NCBI GenBank assembly: GCA_045545475.1
Contig: JAZQAZ010000023.1
Coordinates: 64,001-128,000, forward strand
Direction of reading: 5' to 3'
Length of the DNA: 64,000 nucleotides
Origin: Clostridia bacterium
GTDB lineage: Bacteria; Bacillota; Clostridia; CAKSNL01; HGM11501
Position numbers and translations under genes: made by a program. Positions 9,772 to 20,794 of this stretch are shown here, one piece after another. The notes beneath the pieces are model-generated. The model made no database searches, had not been told where the DNA came from, and saw only the letters and a program-made list of their open reading frames with translations. Position 1 is the stretch's first letter; every line of letters starts with the position of its first letter.

Positions 9772-11464
9772 TTTTTACGGCATAAATGACAGAGGCGAAG
9801 TAGTTGACGCCATAATCACTCAGAAGGACAATGTGGTAACCCTTACCATTCCCAAGGAAAGGGTTATGCCCTGTCAGTATCTTGATATACATTCTCCCTA
9901 TTTCACCGCGAAAGCAGGAGAAGAAGGCTATTTCTTTTCTTCTCCCATTCAGCGACAGGGCATTATAACCCGATTTAAATCGCAGGGAGATTTTACTCTC
10001 TGTTCCGATGAGAATCCCACCCTTTTAATCGGTGCAAAGCGTGATAATTTCAGCATAATTGCCTATCCCGAGGGCATGAGATATGATATGTCAGAGGCTC
10101 TCTGGACAAAGGATAACGAATATAACCTTTGCTACAGAGTCCGCCTCGGCGGAGATTCTCCCTATGAAGATATATCCGTTAACTTCTACCTCTTACCTAA
10201 AGGAACGGAATATTCCGAAATGGCAGTTTATTACAGAAATCTCCTTCTTTCAAAGGGGATAATAAAGCCTATAACGGAGAAATCAAAAGAAAGAGCAGCC
10301 GTTGCCTATGCAAAGGATGCTCCCGAAATCAGAATCCGTATGGGGTGGAAGCCTGCTCCCTCTCCCGTTGCAGATCAGACATTGGAGAACGAACCTCCTA
10401 TGCACGTTGCCTGCACCTTCCGAGATGTTATGAAGTTTATTGACGAGCTGAAAAAAGCAGGCGTAGACAAAGCACAGCTTTGTCTGGTTGGCTGGAACAA
10501 ATCCGGTCACGACGGAAGATGGCCCGATGCCTTTCCCGTTGAGCCTCTTTTAGGCGGAGAAGAAGGTCTTCGTGAGCTTATAAGCTATGCTAAAGCAAAT
10601 GGTTATGCCATAGTATGTCACACAAACTCCACCGATGCTTATCCCATCTCTCCCAAAACCGAGGGAAATCTGGTTTTGAATGAGCAGGGCAAGGAACACG
10701 AAGGCGGTGTATGGAGTGGCGGAAGAGCAAGAAGACTTTGCCCCAAAAAAGCTTTGGAATTCGGCAAGGAAATCCTTCCGAAAGTTGCCGATTTAGGATT
10801 TTCGGGACTTCACTACATTGACGTTTTAGCCGTAATTTCACCAATGAAATGTGCAAATCCCGCACATCCCGTATCAAGAAGAGAAACCGTTTCCTACTAT
10901 AAGGAGCTTATGGGTATGTGTCACGAGCTTTTCGGTGGCTTTGCATCGGAAGGTGCTTATGACTTTGCCGAAGAATATGTTGACTACGGATTTTACATTT
11001 CAAATAACCGTCCTCCCCATCCTCTGGCAGATGAATACATCCCCCTCTGGGAGCTTATCTACCACGGATTTATACTCTACAATGTTTCAACCTCAACGGT
11101 AAATGTAAACATAAGAGATATTAACGACCAGTTGATGTTCACAGAATACGGCGGAAGGTTAAGCTATTATGTTTATCAGAAATTCATCACCGCCACAGCT
11201 TCAAACACCAACTGGCTTGGCAAGGATGACCTTACATTAGACGGCGAAGAAATGGCAAAAACCGTTGCCGTTATCAAGGAAGGCTATGAGAAACACAAAA
11301 AGTATTTCAGCCTTCAGGAAGTTACTATGGATAAGCACGAAATAAAGGGCGATGTCCGCATTGTAACCTTCGGCAACGGCACAAAATTAATCGTAAACTA
11401 CGGCGATAATGAATACGTTGACGGAAATATAACCGTCGGTGCAAAGGATTATCTGTACGTATGA
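9758..11464 (+). CDS. Cytoplasmic glycoside-hydrolase-like protein (DUF5696/GH129-like TIM barrel)
   Basis: GWNKSGHDGRWPD, LLGGEEGL, HTNSTDAY, GLHYIDV, ASEG, IPLWELIYHG, C-terminal IVNYG; no signal peptide; overlaps paralog 3. Confidence 0.6.
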   Translation: MIFANFYGINDRGEVVDAIITQKDNVVTLTIPKERVMPCQYLDIHSPYFTAKAGEEGYFFSSPIQRQGIITRFKSQGDFTLCSDENPTLLIGAKRDNFSIIAYPEGMRYDMSEALWTKDNEYNLCYRVRLGGDSPYEDISVNFYLLPKGTEYSEMAVYYRNLLLSKGIIKPITEKSKERAAVAYAKDAPEIRIRMGWKPAPSPVADQTLENEPPMHVACTFRDVMKFIDELKKAGVDKAQLCLVGWNKSGHDGRWPDAFPVEPLLGGEEGLRELISYAKANGYAIVCHTNSTDAYPISPKTEGNLVLNEQGKEHEGGVWSGGRARRLCPKKALEFGKEILPKVADLGFSGLHYIDVLAVISPMKCANPAHPVSRRETVSYYKELMGMCHELFGGFASEGAYDFAEEYVDYGFYISNNRPPHPLADEYIPLWELIYHGFILYNVSTSTVNVNIRDINDQLMFTEYGGRLSYYVYQKFITATASNTNWLGKDDLTLDGEEMAKTVAVIKEGYEKHKKYFSLQEVTMDKHEIKGDVRIVTFGNGTKLIVNYGDNEYVDGNITVGAKDYLYV

Positions 11465-11466
11465 CA

Positions 11467-11492
11467 AAAAGCACCGCTACGGCGGTGCTTTT
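11467..11492 (+). terminator. Rho-independent terminator of the U32/QueG-like operon
   Basis: AAAAGCACCGC-TACG-GCGGTGCTTTT. Confidence 0.85.
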
Positions 11493-11541
11493 ATCTGCTT
11501 GTGCAGAAGCTTGACGGAATATGGTATTCTTTCGTTTTTAT

Positions 11542-11570
11542 AAAAAAGAGGGCTAAAAGCCCTCTTTTTT
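11542..11570 (-). terminator. Terminator hairpin
   Basis: AAAAAAGAGGGCT-AAA-AGCCCTCTTTTTT. Confidence 0.8.
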
Positions 11571-11575
11571 ATATT

Positions 11576-12451
11576 TTACTCTAAAACAGGTTGTCTCCAC
11601 ATTGTTCCGTCAGCGAATAATACATCGGTTATGCCTAAAAAGCGTATATATTCACAATTTATTCCCGTAAGATCATCTGTGAGATCTACATAGTAACCTT
11701 CAGCCACCTCATATGGAGCTAAATTTTCTCCTGTTACTTCCGCACCAGTATATCCTTCTCTGTCTTTTACAGGATTTTTGTACGAATCATAGTAATCTAA
11801 AGTGAATCTGAAAGCGGTTATTTGTCGTCCCGTCTCATTTACCAAATCATACTCAAACAATAAATCACCGTTATTCATTTCAACGAACTCTTGATTTATA
11901 AGTGAAATAGGTGCATAATCTGTATCAGCTGTAATATAAAGGGTATTATCAACAAAGGTATTGGTCCATCCAAATTGGCGTGTCCAGCTCCACGTCATAG
12001 GAAAGTAGAGTACATTATTGCAATTGTAAACAGGATATTGCTCAAATGCATTCACAAAAAGAACGCCGCCGACTGTTATTCTTCCGGTTGCAAGCGTTGC
12101 TTTTGCTGTCAACGGTTTCGCACTTCTACTTATATTCGGAAGATATTCTGCACAGTCATAACCGTATGTAATAGCATTACCTTCTGTGCTTGTCCATGTG
12201 TTCATAAGCCCGAGGGTTGCGCAATCATTATATGTCATAGGAAAGTAGGTTATATCATTGTAAACATAAAACGGATATTCTCTGTATTTGTTTGCTTCCG
12301 TATCAACAACATATCCGTTGATAACTATGTCAAAGGATGGACGTGTGAACGTAACAGTTTGTTCGGGAGCGGCTTTTACTGTAAAACATGATATTGCAAT
12401 GGTAGCAGCCAAAACCGTTGCGGCTGTAAGAATTTTCGAAAAAATTTTCAT
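11576..12451 (-). CDS. Secreted protein with copper-amine-oxidase-N-like (stalk) domain
   Basis: Signal peptide ending VKA; duplicated motif YPFYVYNDITYFPMTY / YPVYNCNNVLYFPMTW. Confidence 0.6.
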   Translation of the reverse strand: MKIFSKILTAATVLAATIAISCFTVKAAPEQTVTFTRPSFDIVINGYVVDTEANKYREYPFYVYNDITYFPMTYNDCATLGLMNTWTSTEGNAITYGYDCAEYLPNISRSAKPLTAKATLATGRITVGGVLFVNAFEQYPVYNCNNVLYFPMTWSWTRQFGWTNTFVDNTLYITADTDYAPISLINQEFVEMNNGDLLFEYDLVNETGRQITAFRFTLDYYDSYKNPVKDREGYTGAEVTGENLAPYEVAEGYYVDLTDDLTGINCEYIRFLGITDVLFADGTMWRQPVLE

Positions 12452-12623
12452 TTCATTCCCTCCAATAATATATTTTTGTTAGCTTTACCGCACGTACTGC
12501 GATAATCAATATTCTAAATAAATATTAGCACATATGTATTTTTTTGTCAACAACAGATGGGATTAAATCGCAAAAATGTTTTATTTCCGAATTTGCAAAT
12601 TATAATTCTGCGGTGCTTTTTTC

Positions 12624-12652
12624 TTGACATATCTCATCTTTTGCATTAAAAT
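12624..12652 (+). promoter_or_regulatory. Sigma-A promoter
   Basis: TTGACA-N17-TAAAAT upstream of ORF 12683. Confidence 0.75.
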
Positions 12653-12682
12653 ATACTGTAATATTTTTAAGGACGGTTTTTT

Positions 12683-13540
12683 ATGCACGAAATTTTGCAC
12701 ATTCTGGAGCATGCTTTTATTGACACATTAAAGGTGCTCCCATCACTTTTTTTAATTTATCTTTTAATTGAATATTTAGAGCATAAGAATAACAACAAAG
12801 CTCACCACCTTTTTATGAAATCGGAAAAGGCAGGTCCCTTATTTGGCGGACTTTTCGGATGCATCCCCCAATGCGGATTTTCCGTTATCGCATCGGAGCT
12901 TTACTCAAAGCGATTTATCTCCCTCGGCACATTGCTTGCTGTATTCATCGCAACAAGCGACGAGGCAATCCCCCTGCTTCTTTCAGAGCCTTCCTTATGG
13001 GCGAAAATGCTTATGCTGATATTGGCAAAATTTATTTTTGCAGTGCTTTTCGGCTTTCTAATTGATTTATTCATAAGAAAAAAGCAGCACGTCCATCATC
13101 ACCACTGCGAGGAAGAACACCATGAGCATCACCACTATCACGGCAACTGCGAAAGCTGTCACGACGGAATACTTAAATCCACACTTATCCACGTGGTTAA
13201 AATTTTCGCATTTATTTTCCTGATTTCCGTAATCTTAGGTTTTATGATGGAATATGTTCCAAAGGAAATGCTTTCCGTAAATAAATTTCTTCAGCCCTTT
13301 ATCGCACCCGTCATCGGTCTTATCCCCAACTGTGCGGCATCGGTGCTTTTGACCGAGCTTTACATAGAAGGAATAATAACCCTTTCATCCTTAATCGGCG
13401 GTCTTTGTGCCGGTGCAGGAGTCGGCTTGATTGTTCTTTTCCGCCTTAACAAAAACTTAAAGGAAAACCTTTCTGTAGTATTGCTTCTTTATTTAATTGG
13501 TACACTTACCGCAATGGTTCTCACATTTTTCGGAATATAA
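12683..13540 (+). CDS. Putative metal (Mn/As-type) permease with His-rich loop
   Basis: Multiple TM segments; GCIPQCGFSV, TSDEAIP, IPNCAASV; HVHHHHCEEEHHEHHHYHGNC. Confidence 0.75.
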   Translation: MHEILHILEHAFIDTLKVLPSLFLIYLLIEYLEHKNNNKAHHLFMKSEKAGPLFGGLFGCIPQCGFSVIASELYSKRFISLGTLLAVFIATSDEAIPLLLSEPSLWAKMLMLILAKFIFAVLFGFLIDLFIRKKQHVHHHHCEEEHHEHHHYHGNCESCHDGILKSTLIHVVKIFAFIFLISVILGFMMEYVPKEMLSVNKFLQPFIAPVIGLIPNCAASVLLTELYIEGIITLSSLIGGLCAGAGVGLIVLFRLNKNLKENLSVVLLLYLIGTLTAMVLTFFGI

Positions 13541-13574
13541 CAATTAAAATCGCTGTTATCAAGGAGGATTCATA

Positions 13575-14930
13575 ATGAAAAAACTTTTTTCGTTGCTCGT
13601 TGCTGTTTTAATTTTAGCAAGCTCGTTTCAAATAGTTACTTCTGCAGGCGAAAACGTGAATGTTATAATAGACGAAGATGTTCTTTCTTTTGATGTTGCC
13701 CCCCAAATAATAAACGGTCGCACTATGGTTCCGCTCCGAGGAATTTTTGAGTATTTCGGAGCTGAGGTTACCTGGAATCAGAACTTACAGTCAATCCGTT
13801 CAACTTTGGGCAATGTTTCAATTTTCATGCAGGTAGGAAATCAAGAGGCCGTAATAAACGGTAATTCTGTTATTCTTGACTCACCTCCCATCATAACAAA
13901 CGGAAGAACTTTAGTCCCGGTTCGTGTCATCGCCGAAGCTTTTTCTGCCAAGGTTTCATGGGATGGGGAAACAAAAACCGTAATAATAGAAACACCTTAT
14001 CCGAAAAGCAAAAACAAACCGGCTTCAGACTTTGACAAATATCACCTTCGCACATCCTATGGAGATTTCGAATATTTTGACATCTCCATAAGTGCAAACA
14101 AGCTTAAAATATCCGGTAAACTTAAAGACCAGACCAAGGACAGCATACTCATAAAAATCGGAGAAATAAATGAATCCATCGAAAAGGGAAATAAGGGAAT
14201 ATTTAACGCCACGTTAAATTTAGACAAGGCTAAAATATCAGACTTTGCACTTCTTTCAATATACACAAACATTCCGGGAACATATCAATATATCTCCTAC
14301 ACTTTTGATACAATTAAAATAATAAATTCCGGAAAAGATTATTTCTTTGAAGAGCCCCTGGTTTATGACAATAATTTATCTTTATCGGGAAAGTGGGCAA
14401 CTCCCCTTGCCTATACAAACTATGAAATCGACGAACGCATAGTTACACTTTCCAATGAGATATGTAAAGACGCCGAAACCGACTATGAAAAGCTTTTGGC
14501 TCTCCACACCTGGGTTTGCGAAAACATATATTACGATTTTGACTATTATTATGACAAATCCAACAATCTTTATTATTCGGATGTTGAAGTTTTAGATGCA
14601 AAGCGAACCGTTTGTGCCGGATATACTAATATATTACTTTCGCTGATTCGTGCACAGAAAATTCCCGCAAGAAGCATTTCGGGTTATGCCCTGGGGCTTG
14701 GCAGCAGCGTTCATTTCTGGGAAGACACTTCTGCTGATGTGAAAACTTCCAACCATGCATGGATTCAGGCCTATGCTGACAATCGCTGGATTAATATTGA
14801 TGCAACATGGGACAGTGGCAACAAGTACGAAAACGGCCAGTTCAAATACGGAGGCATTGAAAACTATCTCCATTTCGACATATCCGACGCCATGCTGGCA
14901 ATGGATCACAAATTCATCAGAGTTGAATAA
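13575..14930 (+). CDS. Secreted stalk-domain plus transglutaminase-like protein
   Basis: Signal peptide; NGRTMVPLR and NGRTLVPVR; catalytic triad VCAGY / HAW / IDATWD. Confidence 0.85.
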   Translation: MKKLFSLLVAVLILASSFQIVTSAGENVNVIIDEDVLSFDVAPQIINGRTMVPLRGIFEYFGAEVTWNQNLQSIRSTLGNVSIFMQVGNQEAVINGNSVILDSPPIITNGRTLVPVRVIAEAFSAKVSWDGETKTVIIETPYPKSKNKPASDFDKYHLRTSYGDFEYFDISISANKLKISGKLKDQTKDSILIKIGEINESIEKGNKGIFNATLNLDKAKISDFALLSIYTNIPGTYQYISYTFDTIKIINSGKDYFFEEPLVYDNNLSLSGKWATPLAYTNYEIDERIVTLSNEICKDAETDYEKLLALHTWVCENIYYDFDYYYDKSNNLYYSDVEVLDAKRTVCAGYTNILLSLIRAQKIPARSISGYALGLGSSVHFWEDTSADVKTSNHAWIQAYADNRWINIDATWDSGNKYENGQFKYGGIENYLHFDISDAMLAMDHKFIRVE

Positions 14931-14965
14931 AAATAAGCTGAAGGCGAAAGCCTTCAGCTTATTTT
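14930..14965. terminator. Bidirectional terminator
   Basis: AAAATAAGCTGAAGGC-GAAA-GCCTTCAGCTTATTTT between convergent genes. Confidence 0.9.
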
Positions 14966-14966
14966 T

Positions 14967-15347
14967 TTATTTTCTTTGTTTAATAACTTCTTCCGTGTAT
15001 GCCAGTATAGCGTTTGCAACCTCTCTTCTGAAAGGTCTTTCAACGGAAACCGTTCCTTCGTAAAATAGCGGAAATCCATTTTGCTCTGCCAGCCTGTTTA
15101 AAACATTTACCGCTGTTATGACGCTGTCATGATTCATGGTTCTTTTTTTATCCATTTCCATAACCATCGATTGATAGTCACTAAGGCCGAGAATTTCGGA
15201 ATTATAAATCTTCACCTTGGTTTCCATAGCATAAATGGCTCTGTGATAATCTTCAAAGGTCTGAAGCTGATCGAAAATTATTTCCAGCATCATCTTATCG
15301 TCCTTATATACATTTATGAGTTTATCTAAAGTCTCCTTATTTATCAT
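14967..15347 (-). CDS. DUF3232-like protein
   Basis: DKKRTMNHDSVITAVNVLNRLAE and RREVA motifs. Confidence 0.6.
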   Translation of the reverse strand: MINKETLDKLINVYKDDKMMLEIIFDQLQTFEDYHRAIYAMETKVKIYNSEILGLSDYQSMVMEMDKKRTMNHDSVITAVNVLNRLAEQNGFPLFYEGTVSVERPFRREVANAILAYTEEVIKQRK

Positions 15348-15358
15348 ACTTTACCTCC

Positions 15359-17314
15359 TTATTTTGTACGCTCAGATATGTATCCTTTTTTATATGCCTC
15401 AAGCAGTTCTTTAAGAATCTCTCTTCGCTCTGCTATCCTTTTACCGTTATCTGTATCTCCCACCATCATTCTTTTCGGGAACTCCTCAATCATAATTTTA
15501 TCCGAATGCAGGTCAAAATCCTTTTCAATTACATCTGCAATTGAAGTAAAGCTCTGATGCTCCGTTATGGAAAATCCGTAGGAATTACTTATCAGCGTAT
15601 AGCCTGCAATACCGGTGGTTTTTCTGTAAGCTTTAGAAAAGCCTCCGTCAATTACATAAAGCTTTCCGCCTGCTTTTATGGGGCTTTCCCCTTTTTTACG
15701 TTTTACGGGAACATGACCGTTTATTATATGTCCGCTGTCAGGATTAAGCGAAAACTCGGACAAAATCATGCGGCATATTTCCTCGTTATCATTATAACGG
15801 TAATACGGATTTTTCTCCTCACTAAGAAGTTGTTTTTCGCCTGTAAAATATGTTTCAAAGGCAGCAGATTTCTCCTTTCCGTAAAGCGGTGAAAGCTTAC
15901 CGCACCAAAGATACCACAAAAAGTCAGTTTTTTCTTCTTCCTTTGAAAAATACGCTTCCCTCACAAGTTTATCCGCTTTGTCAAGGTAGGCTTTTCCGCT
16001 TAATATTTCTTCTCCTATCTTAAATTTTGAAAGTCCGCCCGCTTCATTCATGGGAATACAGCCGTGGAACAAAAGATTTCCGTTGAATATTTTATACATT
16101 CCGCCGTTGTTTATCATGAATCTTATGTGCTTTTGCAACTTCTCACTGTGAAGAAACGAACGCTTAAGAGACTTCATCACCTTCTCTTCTTCCTTCGTCA
16201 GTTTAAGAGGATTTTCCCTGTCAACAGTGGGAAAGCTTTTATCTGTAAGGGAATATGTTTTTCCGCCAATGGCAATTTCGCCATTTTCATAATCAATTTT
16301 TTTAAGCATTACCCTGTCGGACATATCATATTCGGGATGTTTTTCAATTATCTTTCCCTCAAGCTTGAACTGTATAACCGATATAGCTTTATGCATTTTT
16401 GCGGTAAGTCCCGCATCTCGTCCTTTCATCACATGTTTTTCGGAATCAAGTGGCATAAAGTTTTCACAAAGGTCATCTTTATAAACTTCCGTGGCAAAGG
16501 AAGAAAGCATTCTTGTGTTTATTCCGTAGCCTATTTCAATTACGTCAAAATTATTATATCTTAAAGAATTTCTTACCACATTACAAATCAGTGCCTCGTT
16601 TCCAGATGCCGCACCGATCCACTCAATATCATGATTTCCCCACTGCATATCAATGGAGTGATAGCCAATAAGTTCTTCCATTATTATATCGGCTCTGGGG
16701 CCTCTGTCAAAAACATCTCCTAGAATGTGCAAATGGTCTACAGAAAGCCTTCTTATAAGCACGCACAAGGCAATAATCATTTCCTCTGCAAACCCTGTTT
16801 CAATTACGGAACGGATAATTTCCGCATAATACTCATGCTTGTTTATCTCTGCTTCCGGAGTGTGCAAAAGCTCCTCCATAATATAAGAAAATTCTCTGGG
16901 CATAGCCTTTCTTACTTTTGAACGGGTGTATTTTGAAGAAACGAGTCGGCAAATGGCAGAAAGCCTTTCTAAGGTGGTTTCATACCACTCGGGAGTAATA
17001 ACCTTCTTTTGCTTTAAGTAATAAAGTTTTCTTTCCGGATAATAAACCAACGTGGCAAGCTGCTCTTTTTCCTTGTCACTCATTTCAGATGCAAAAAGCA
17101 TGTTGATTTTTGTTTTTATAACTCCGGATGCATTTTTAAGAACGTGCAGAAACGCTTCATACTCGCCGTGTAAATCACTTACAAAATGCTCAGTCCCCTT
17201 TGGAAGGTTAAGGATTGCAGAAAGGTTTATAATTTCCGCTCCCACCGCTTTAATTGTAGGATAATCCTTTGACAAAAGAGTTAAATAATCAAGCTTTTCT
17301 GTTATCTCATTCAT
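15359..17314 (-). CDS. fbp: Fructose-1,6-bisphosphatase class III
   Basis: LPKGTEHFVSDLHGE, GDVFDRGP, QWGNHD, NGHVPV, IDGGFSKAY. Confidence 0.97.
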   Translation of the reverse strand: MNEITEKLDYLTLLSKDYPTIKAVGAEIINLSAILNLPKGTEHFVSDLHGEYEAFLHVLKNASGVIKTKINMLFASEMSDKEKEQLATLVYYPERKLYYLKQKKVITPEWYETTLERLSAICRLVSSKYTRSKVRKAMPREFSYIMEELLHTPEAEINKHEYYAEIIRSVIETGFAEEMIIALCVLIRRLSVDHLHILGDVFDRGPRADIIMEELIGYHSIDMQWGNHDIEWIGAASGNEALICNVVRNSLRYNNFDVIEIGYGINTRMLSSFATEVYKDDLCENFMPLDSEKHVMKGRDAGLTAKMHKAISVIQFKLEGKIIEKHPEYDMSDRVMLKKIDYENGEIAIGGKTYSLTDKSFPTVDRENPLKLTKEEEKVMKSLKRSFLHSEKLQKHIRFMINNGGMYKIFNGNLLFHGCIPMNEAGGLSKFKIGEEILSGKAYLDKADKLVREAYFSKEEEKTDFLWYLWCGKLSPLYGKEKSAAFETYFTGEKQLLSEEKNPYYRYNDNEEICRMILSEFSLNPDSGHIINGHVPVKRKKGESPIKAGGKLYVIDGGFSKAYRKTTGIAGYTLISNSYGFSITEHQSFTSIADVIEKDFDLHSDKIMIEEFPKRMMVGDTDNGKRIAERREILKELLEAYKKGYISERTK

Positions 17315-17552
17315 AATAATTCCTCCGTTCTTTTTTATAATAACACAAAGTAATAATTTTTTCTACATATTAATGAAAAATTTTTAAATAAATTGTTTTT
17401 ATTATTGACTTTTTCTTTAAAAACATATATTATGATATAATAGTGTATGGTGCGGATATTATGTAAACTTACAAATTCGCTTCATATAATATACCATCGG
17501 AACAGCGTTTGTTTTTATTACTGTTCCGATAAGAAAAAAGGGGGCAGATACA

Positions 17553-18602
17553 TTGGAAGAGGCTATCATTGAATTAGTTAATGTGTCTAAGGATTTTGAT
17601 GGCGAGGGTGTTTTAAAAAACATCAATCTCAAGATTAATAAACACGAATTTTTAACGCTTTTAGGTCCTTCAGGTTGCGGAAAAACCACAACTCTCAGAA
17701 TTATTGCAGGATTTGATACTCCCACAAGCGGAAACGTTTTATTTGAAGGCAAGGATATAAAGGAGATTCCTCCCTACAAAAGAAGAGTAAACACCGTTTT
17801 TCAGAAGTATGCACTTTTCCCGCATCTCAATGTTTTTGAAAACATTGCTTTCGGCCTCAGGATTAAAAAGCTTGACAAAGAAATAATAAAAGAAAAGGTA
17901 TTAAAAATGCTGGCTCTTGTTAACTTAAAGGGCTTTGAAAAGCGTGATGTTGACTCTCTTTCGGGCGGTCAGCAGCAGCGTGTTGCAATTGCAAGAGCTT
18001 TGGTTAACGAGCCTGAGGTTCTTCTTCTGGACGAGCCATTAGGTGCTCTTGACTTAAAGCTTCGTAAGGACATGCAGCTTGAACTCAAACGGATTCAGCA
18101 GGAAACCGGCATCACCTTTATTTACGTTACTCATGACCAGGAAGAAGCACTCACCATGAGTGACAGGATAGTGGTTATGAACAGCGGTAAAATTCAGCAG
18201 CTGGGTACTCCCGTTGATATTTATAACGAGCCTGAAAACGCCTTTGTTGCAGACTTTATCGGTGAAAGCAACATAATCGACGGAATTATGAAAAAAGACT
18301 GCCTTGTTTCCTTCCTTGACAGAGATGTTCCCTGCGTCGATGTAGGATTTTCGGAAAATGAACCTGTGGATGTTGTTATCCGTCCTGAAGATATTAAGCT
18401 CGGTAAAGTCGGCGAAGGAATTATTGACGGCGTTGTGAAAAGCGTAACCTTCAAAGGCGTGCATTACGAAATGATTATAGAAGCAGGCTCTTTTCCCTTT
18501 ATGGTTCACAGCACCCTTAAGGAAGAAATAGGTGCCGAGGTAAGCATTTCTGTCATTCCGTTTGATATTCACATTATGAAGAAGGTGGCCGAAGATGAGT
18601 AA
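17553..18602 (+). CDS. potA: Spermidine/putrescine ABC transporter ATPase
   Basis: [40 protein letters not shown]; TTG start. Confidence 0.95.
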   Translation: MEEAIIELVNVSKDFDGEGVLKNINLKINKHEFLTLLGPSGCGKTTTLRIIAGFDTPTSGNVLFEGKDIKEIPPYKRRVNTVFQKYALFPHLNVFENIAFGLRIKKLDKEIIKEKVLKMLALVNLKGFEKRDVDSLSGGQQQRVAIARALVNEPEVLLLDEPLGALDLKLRKDMQLELKRIQQETGITFIYVTHDQEEALTMSDRIVVMNSGKIQQLGTPVDIYNEPENAFVADFIGESNIIDGIMKKDCLVSFLDRDVPCVDVGFSENEPVDVVIRPEDIKLGKVGEGIIDGVVKSVTFKGVHYEMIIEAGSFPFMVHSTLKEEIGAEVSISVIPFDIHIMKKVAEDE

Positions 18603-19434
18603 GAAGACCACCTATCTTGCCCTTCCTTATTTTGCCTGGGCTATTATCTTCACCGTATTGCCGCTTTTACTTGTTTTTATGTTTGCGGTATTTAAATATG
18701 ACGGCGAAGGCTATTATTTCACCACGGAATATCTTTCCCAGCTTGTCTCCGGCAAAGATGAAATCATAGCTTCTCTTATAAGAAGCTTAAAGCTTTCCGC
18801 AATTGCAACGGTTGTATGTCTCATTCTGGGCTATCCTCTTGCATACATTCTTGCAAACAGCAAGTCCAAATACAAAAGCCTTCTTACAACTCTTATAATT
18901 CTTCCCATGTGGATGAACTTTCTTGTAAGAACATATGCACTTTTGTCCCTTATGGAAAATTCCGGCCTTATAAATCAGTTTTTGGGCCTCTTCGGAATTG
19001 ACCGAATCCAGTTCCTCTATAAGGAAAGCTCTATAGCGGTGGGAATGATATACAACTATCTCCCCTTTATGGTTCTTCCCATCCATTCGGTTTTATCAAA
19101 AATGGATAACCGCCTTATCGAAGCGGCAGAGGATTTGGGTGCAAATAAGCTTAAAGTTTTCACAAAAGTAATTTTTCCATTAAGCCTGGGCGGAGTTATA
19201 AGCGGTATTGAAATGGTTTTCATTCCTTCAATCACAACCTTTGCTCTTTCCCAGATTCTAGGTGGAAGCAAAACTCTTTTAATCGGCGATATGATTGAAC
19301 GCCAGTTTTTAGAGTTTAATAACTGGGGATACGGCTCTCTTTTATCCGTAATCGTAATTGTTATTGTACTTCTTTGTATGTTCATAACAAGCAGATTCGG
19401 TTCTTCGGACAATGAAGGGGGGCTCTTGGGATGA
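18595..19434 (+). CDS. potB: Spermidine/putrescine ABC permease
   Basis: [32 protein letters not shown]. Confidence 0.92.
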   Translation: MSKKTTYLALPYFAWAIIFTVLPLLLVFMFAVFKYDGEGYYFTTEYLSQLVSGKDEIIASLIRSLKLSAIATVVCLILGYPLAYILANSKSKYKSLLTTLIILPMWMNFLVRTYALLSLMENSGLINQFLGLFGIDRIQFLYKESSIAVGMIYNYLPFMVLPIHSVLSKMDNRLIEAAEDLGANKLKVFTKVIFPLSLGGVISGIEMVFIPSITTFALSQILGGSKTLLIGDMIERQFLEFNNWGYGSLLSVIVIVIVLLCMFITSRFGSSDNEGGLLG

Positions 19435-20210
19435 AAGCATTAAAAAGATTATATGTCGCAGTCATTTATATTCTTTTATATGCACCGATTGCAATACTTA
19501 TTCTTTACTCGTTTAATGAAAACTCCAACAGAAGCAAATTTACCGGCTTTTCATTAAGATGGTATAAGGAGCTTTTTTCCGACAGCGAAATTTTATCGGC
19601 ACTTATTTATACCCTTCTCTGTGCCGTGCTGGCATCTCTCATTGCCACTGTTATCGGAACTATAACAGCAGTAGGAATAAATAAAATGAGACGTGGTCCG
19701 AAAAACACGCTGATGAATCTGGCACATATCCCGATGCTCAATCCCGAAATTGTAACAGGCGTATCATTGATGCTCCTTTTTGTGTTCATCAATCTGGAGC
19801 GTGGATTTTCCACCATGCTCCTTGCCCACATAACCTTTAACATTCCATATGTTATAATTTCAGTTTTGCCAAAGCTTCGCCAGATGAATCCTCATCTTTA
19901 TGAAGCGGCTCTGGATTTGGGGGCTCATCCCCTATATGCATTCATGAATGTGGTTATGCCCGAGATTAAAAGCGGCATTATAACAGGATTTTTGTTTTCA
20001 ATGACCATGAGTATAGATGACTTCGTAATAAGCTTCTTTACCACAGGTAACGGTGTACAAAATCTCTCAATTTATATATACAACGCTGCAAAGCGTGGTA
20101 TAAGCCCCAAGGTTAATGCACTATCGGCACTTATGTTTGCCGTTATGCTGGTTCTTTTGTTAATCGTAAACAGCCGTGATGATTCAAAGAAAGAACCCAT
20201 AAAAAAATAA
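19431..20210 (+). CDS. potC: Spermidine/putrescine ABC permease
   Basis: LYAPI...YSFN, FSLRWY, AHITFNIPYV, EAALDLGA, SIDDFVIS. Confidence 0.92.
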   Translation: MKALKRLYVAVIYILLYAPIAILILYSFNENSNRSKFTGFSLRWYKELFSDSEILSALIYTLLCAVLASLIATVIGTITAVGINKMRRGPKNTLMNLAHIPMLNPEIVTGVSLMLLFVFINLERGFSTMLLAHITFNIPYVIISVLPKLRQMNPHLYEAALDLGAHPLYAFMNVVMPEIKSGIITGFLFSMTMSIDDFVISFFTTGNGVQNLSIYIYNAAKRGISPKVNALSALMFAVMLVLLLIVNSRDDSKKEPIKK

Positions 20211-20227
20211 AGAAAGGACTGACTATT

Positions 20228-20779
20228 ATGTCAAAAAAGAAAAACGCTCACATCGAAAGAAACACTCAGAAAAAGATGGAGAGACAGGCTCTTCATCAGA
20301 AACTTGAAAACTTCATTGTAAAACACACAGGTATCGCTTTAATACTTGCTGTTCTTTTCACAGTTTTCGGCAACTATAAAGATGTATTCACCAACGGAAT
20401 GCCCATTTTATTCAACATTTTAATCTGGGCAGGCGTTGCAGCTGTTTTGGTTTTCGCAATACTCGGTACAGTTAAGAAAAATCCCTCACTCTATAAATGG
20501 TGTGCAGTAGGTGCGGCAAATTCAGTACTTTGGTACATTTTCATGAACCTCGGCGCTAACTTCGGAGCATACACCTCCGGTGTTGCTCACTGCTATTATG
20601 CAATTGCACTTTATTTCCTTTTCTGCCTTGCTTTCTATTTTCTTGCATACTACGGTGCATGGAACAAAAAAGCTGTAAGAATAACATTTTACGTTCTTGC
20701 CGCAGTTTTTGCTCTCCTTTGGCTTACAAGTGCTTCCGTATTTTTATACAAGCAGGTAGCTCCCTATATTTTTAACTGA
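20228..20779 (+). CDS. Hypothetical membrane protein (~5 TM)
   Basis: Hydrophobic segments; RBS AAAGGA. Confidence 0.7.
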   Translation: MSKKKNAHIERNTQKKMERQALHQKLENFIVKHTGIALILAVLFTVFGNYKDVFTNGMPILFNILIWAGVAAVLVFAILGTVKKNPSLYKWCAVGAANSVLWYIFMNLGANFGAYTSGVAHCYYAIALYFLFCLAFYFLAYYGAWNKKAVRITFYVLAAVFALLWLTSASVFLYKQVAPYIFN

Positions 20780-20794
20780 AAAGAGGTTTAATTT

